Shown here in pieces: positions 4,797 through 6,430 of a stretch of 6,430 nucleotides of DNA. Position 1 is the stretch's first letter. Every line of letters begins with the position of its first letter. Origin of the DNA: an uncultured archaeon (GTDB lineage Archaea > Asgardarchaeota > Lokiarchaeia > Sigyniarchaeales > Promethearchaeaceae); the NCBI GenBank assembly GCA_964426185.1, contig CAYRPF010000069.1:1-6430 (forward strand), read 5' to 3'. The notes beneath the pieces were generated by a model that did no database searches, was not told the DNA's origin, and was given only the letters and a program-made list of their open reading frames with translations. The position numbers and the translations under genes are program-made.

Positions 4797-6131
4797 TTAT
4801 CCTAAGATCTCTGCATTTTGAATGATATTTGAGGCTTGTTGATGAAATTTTAAATTTCGTTCGATTAATGAATTGAGAGAATCTTTAAGAGTTTTTGCCT
4901 TCTGAGTTCCAAAAGTGATAGATTTTGTTTTTAACTTCGTCTGTGCTTTTTCAGATTCCATTTCTGCTTCATGCAGTGCTTGTTCTGCCTTGGTTAAATC
5001 TTCAGGTTTTCGTTTTTCTTCAGGTTTTTCTTGAATCTTTTTAAGTTTTTTCTGAGCTTTTTCCAGTTTTTCTTCAGCTCGTTTTGCTTCCTTAGTGATT
5101 TCTTGAAGAATTTTATAATCTTCGGAAAGTTTATGTAAGGGTTCAATGAATTCAAACTTCATCTGCTCGATAAAAGCTTGGCGATTCGTTTCAATGATTT
5201 CTAACGCACCTGCAAATCGATTTAACACTCCTTTAATGTCAGGAGATTCCTTTTCCGCATAACTCTTATAGACTGAGATTGCTTCCGTTGTTTCTTTCAT
5301 GAGCCGGGAGTGAGCGTCTAAAATTTGCTTGTTTTCCCGGATTACTTTAGCCAATTCTAAATCCGTTTTGGTAATTCGTTCGGTGAAGTTAATTATTTTC
5401 GATTTAAAGGGAGATTTTTCCTGTTTTTCTTCTTTATCATTTGTGTCTATTTGATTAGCATATAATTTACCTTCAGTTCCGACTTTAATTGCCAAGACTG
5501 GGGGTTTTACTTTCTCAATATTTTCTTTTGATTGATTGTGAAACTGTTTTCTTTGTTCAATCAGCACTTTAAAAGAATTTTTAATGATATTGAGTTTTTT
5601 TTGATGAAATTCTTCTTCTTTCTGTTCTAAATCGTAATTAATTTTTTCCAATTTTTCTTTTGCGTCTTTGACTTCTTGTTCTGCAAGTTCAAGTTCATTT
5701 TCCTTCATTTTTTCCGGATTTTTTTCCGCTTTTTCTTGTTTCTTTACCAAAGTTTTGTTAGCATGTTCCAAAGCTTTTTCGGCCCTTTGCTTTTCTTTTT
5801 TTAGTATTTCTACTTCTTTCCATACATCTGAAAGATATTCAAATGGTCGTAAAAATCCAAGGCGGAGTTGTTCTACCATTTTTCGCCTACTTTCCTCTAC
5901 TTTTTTCAGCGTTTCCGAAATTTGACTCAAAGCTTCTTTTGAAGCGGGCGTTTCAATTTCACTATAATCTTGTAAGGCTTGAATGCCTTCGTTGCTTTCT
6001 AAGCTGAGTTTTAACTCTGCTTCGAGCATCTGTCGATTTTCTTTGATTATAGGATTGATTGGAGAAGATCCCAGAAATGCTTGATCCGAAAGCTTTCCGA
6101 TTTTTTGTTTGACAGTTGTAAAAAACTTCAT
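4797..6131 (-). CDS. Tandem double BAR-domain-like helical protein (FAM92/CIBAR- or SNX-BAR/Vps5-like)
   Basis: The 444-aa protein is K/E-rich and all-alpha, with two homologous halves (aa about 1-208 and 240-444). A gapless alignment runs from IIKENRQMLEA...DYSEIETPASKEAL...EQLRLGFLRPF to VIRENKQILDA...SYAEKESPDIKGVL...EQMKFEFIEPL, and LIEQRKQFHNQS pairs with LIERNLKFHQQA. The pattern and length match a three-helix BAR domain. The CDS is near certain; the BAR call is by eye. Confidence 0.75.
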   Translation of the reverse strand: MKFFTTVKQKIGKLSDQAFLGSSPINPIIKENRQMLEAELKLSLESNEGIQALQDYSEIETPASKEALSQISETLKKVEESRRKMVEQLRLGFLRPFEYLSDVWKEVEILKKEKQRAEKALEHANKTLVKKQEKAEKNPEKMKENELELAEQEVKDAKEKLEKINYDLEQKEEEFHQKKLNIIKNSFKVLIEQRKQFHNQSKENIEKVKPPVLAIKVGTEGKLYANQIDTNDKEEKQEKSPFKSKIINFTERITKTDLELAKVIRENKQILDAHSRLMKETTEAISVYKSYAEKESPDIKGVLNRFAGALEIIETNRQAFIEQMKFEFIEPLHKLSEDYKILQEITKEAKRAEEKLEKAQKKLKKIQEKPEEKRKPEDLTKAEQALHEAEMESEKAQTKLKTKSITFGTQKAKTLKDSLNSLIERNLKFHQQASNIIQNAEILG

Positions 6132-6365
6132 GATATGATTTAGTTATGAAATCTTGAATAAAATCGTTTCCTTTCAAACTAATCTACAAAAGTATAGTCT
6201 GAAGACGACTAGTCAAATTTTTTTAAGAGATCTTGAGCGGATTTCAACAATGTGCGATTAATGGATTCTAAATGCGAGGAAGAAGTATGAAATGGGATTA
6301 ACATTTCTTGATTATCTGCATCATAGCTGGATATTATTAATAGGAATTTTCACGAAAATGCTTGA

Positions 6366-6430
6366 AAATCAAGATAAATCAAGATAAATCAAGATAAATC
6401 AAGATAAATCAAGATAAATCAAGATAAATC
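6366..6430. repeat. Perfect 10-bp tandem repeat (AAATCAAGAT) x6.5 or more, running off the window edge
   Basis: The sequence is aaatc followed by six consecutive aagataaatc blocks to position 6430. Confidence 0.97.

Noticed and set aside
4797-6131. SMC/Rad50, chemoreceptor or PspA/ESCRT-III identity for the coiled-coil protein
   Set aside because: There are no Walker motifs, zinc hook, TM helices or MCP hairpin. The duplicated ~205-aa unit with proline kinks fits BAR better, though only a structure search can exclude these formally.
5668-6177. ORFs 5668..5925 (+) and 5962..6177 (-)
   Set aside because: The first is the F/S-rich antisense mirror of K/E codons. The second is an alternative frame overlapping the BAR-like gene.
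6195-6389. Short hairpin/palindrome (tagtc-tgaagac-gacta) and ~31-codon ORFs upstream of the BAR-like gene
   Set aside because: A 5-bp stem and very short ORFs are expected by chance, and there is no supporting signal.
6366-6430. Terminal 10-bp array as a telomere or end of a linear replicon
   Set aside because: Similar short arrays occur internally in this window. An end inside a repeat is more simply a window cut or an assembly break.

Overview
This is an AT-rich, intron-less prokaryotic window. It is probably archaeal and plausibly Asgard/Lokiarchaeia-like, but that is inference only because no marker gene is present. From left to right it holds: the 5' part of an unannotated minus-strand gene running off the left edge and overlapping the end of a DprA/Smf-family gene; a 41-codon relic of a membrane-protein gene whose intact paralog lies 750 bp downstream, with a GC-richer HemG-like flavodoxin gene between them; an ArsB/NhaD (ion transporter superfamily) permease with a large hydrophilic insertion and Asn-to-Asp changes in its signature motifs; and a 444-aa all-helical protein built from two tandem ~205-aa repeats. 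Each repeat looks like a eukaryote-type BAR domain (FAM92/CIBAR- or SNX-BAR/Vps5-like) with an N-terminal amphipathic helix. This putative single-chain double-BAR membrane-remodelling protein is the most interesting item. Five different tandem-repeat arrays (38/39, 17, 14, 9 and 10 bp units) sit in the non-coding gaps.
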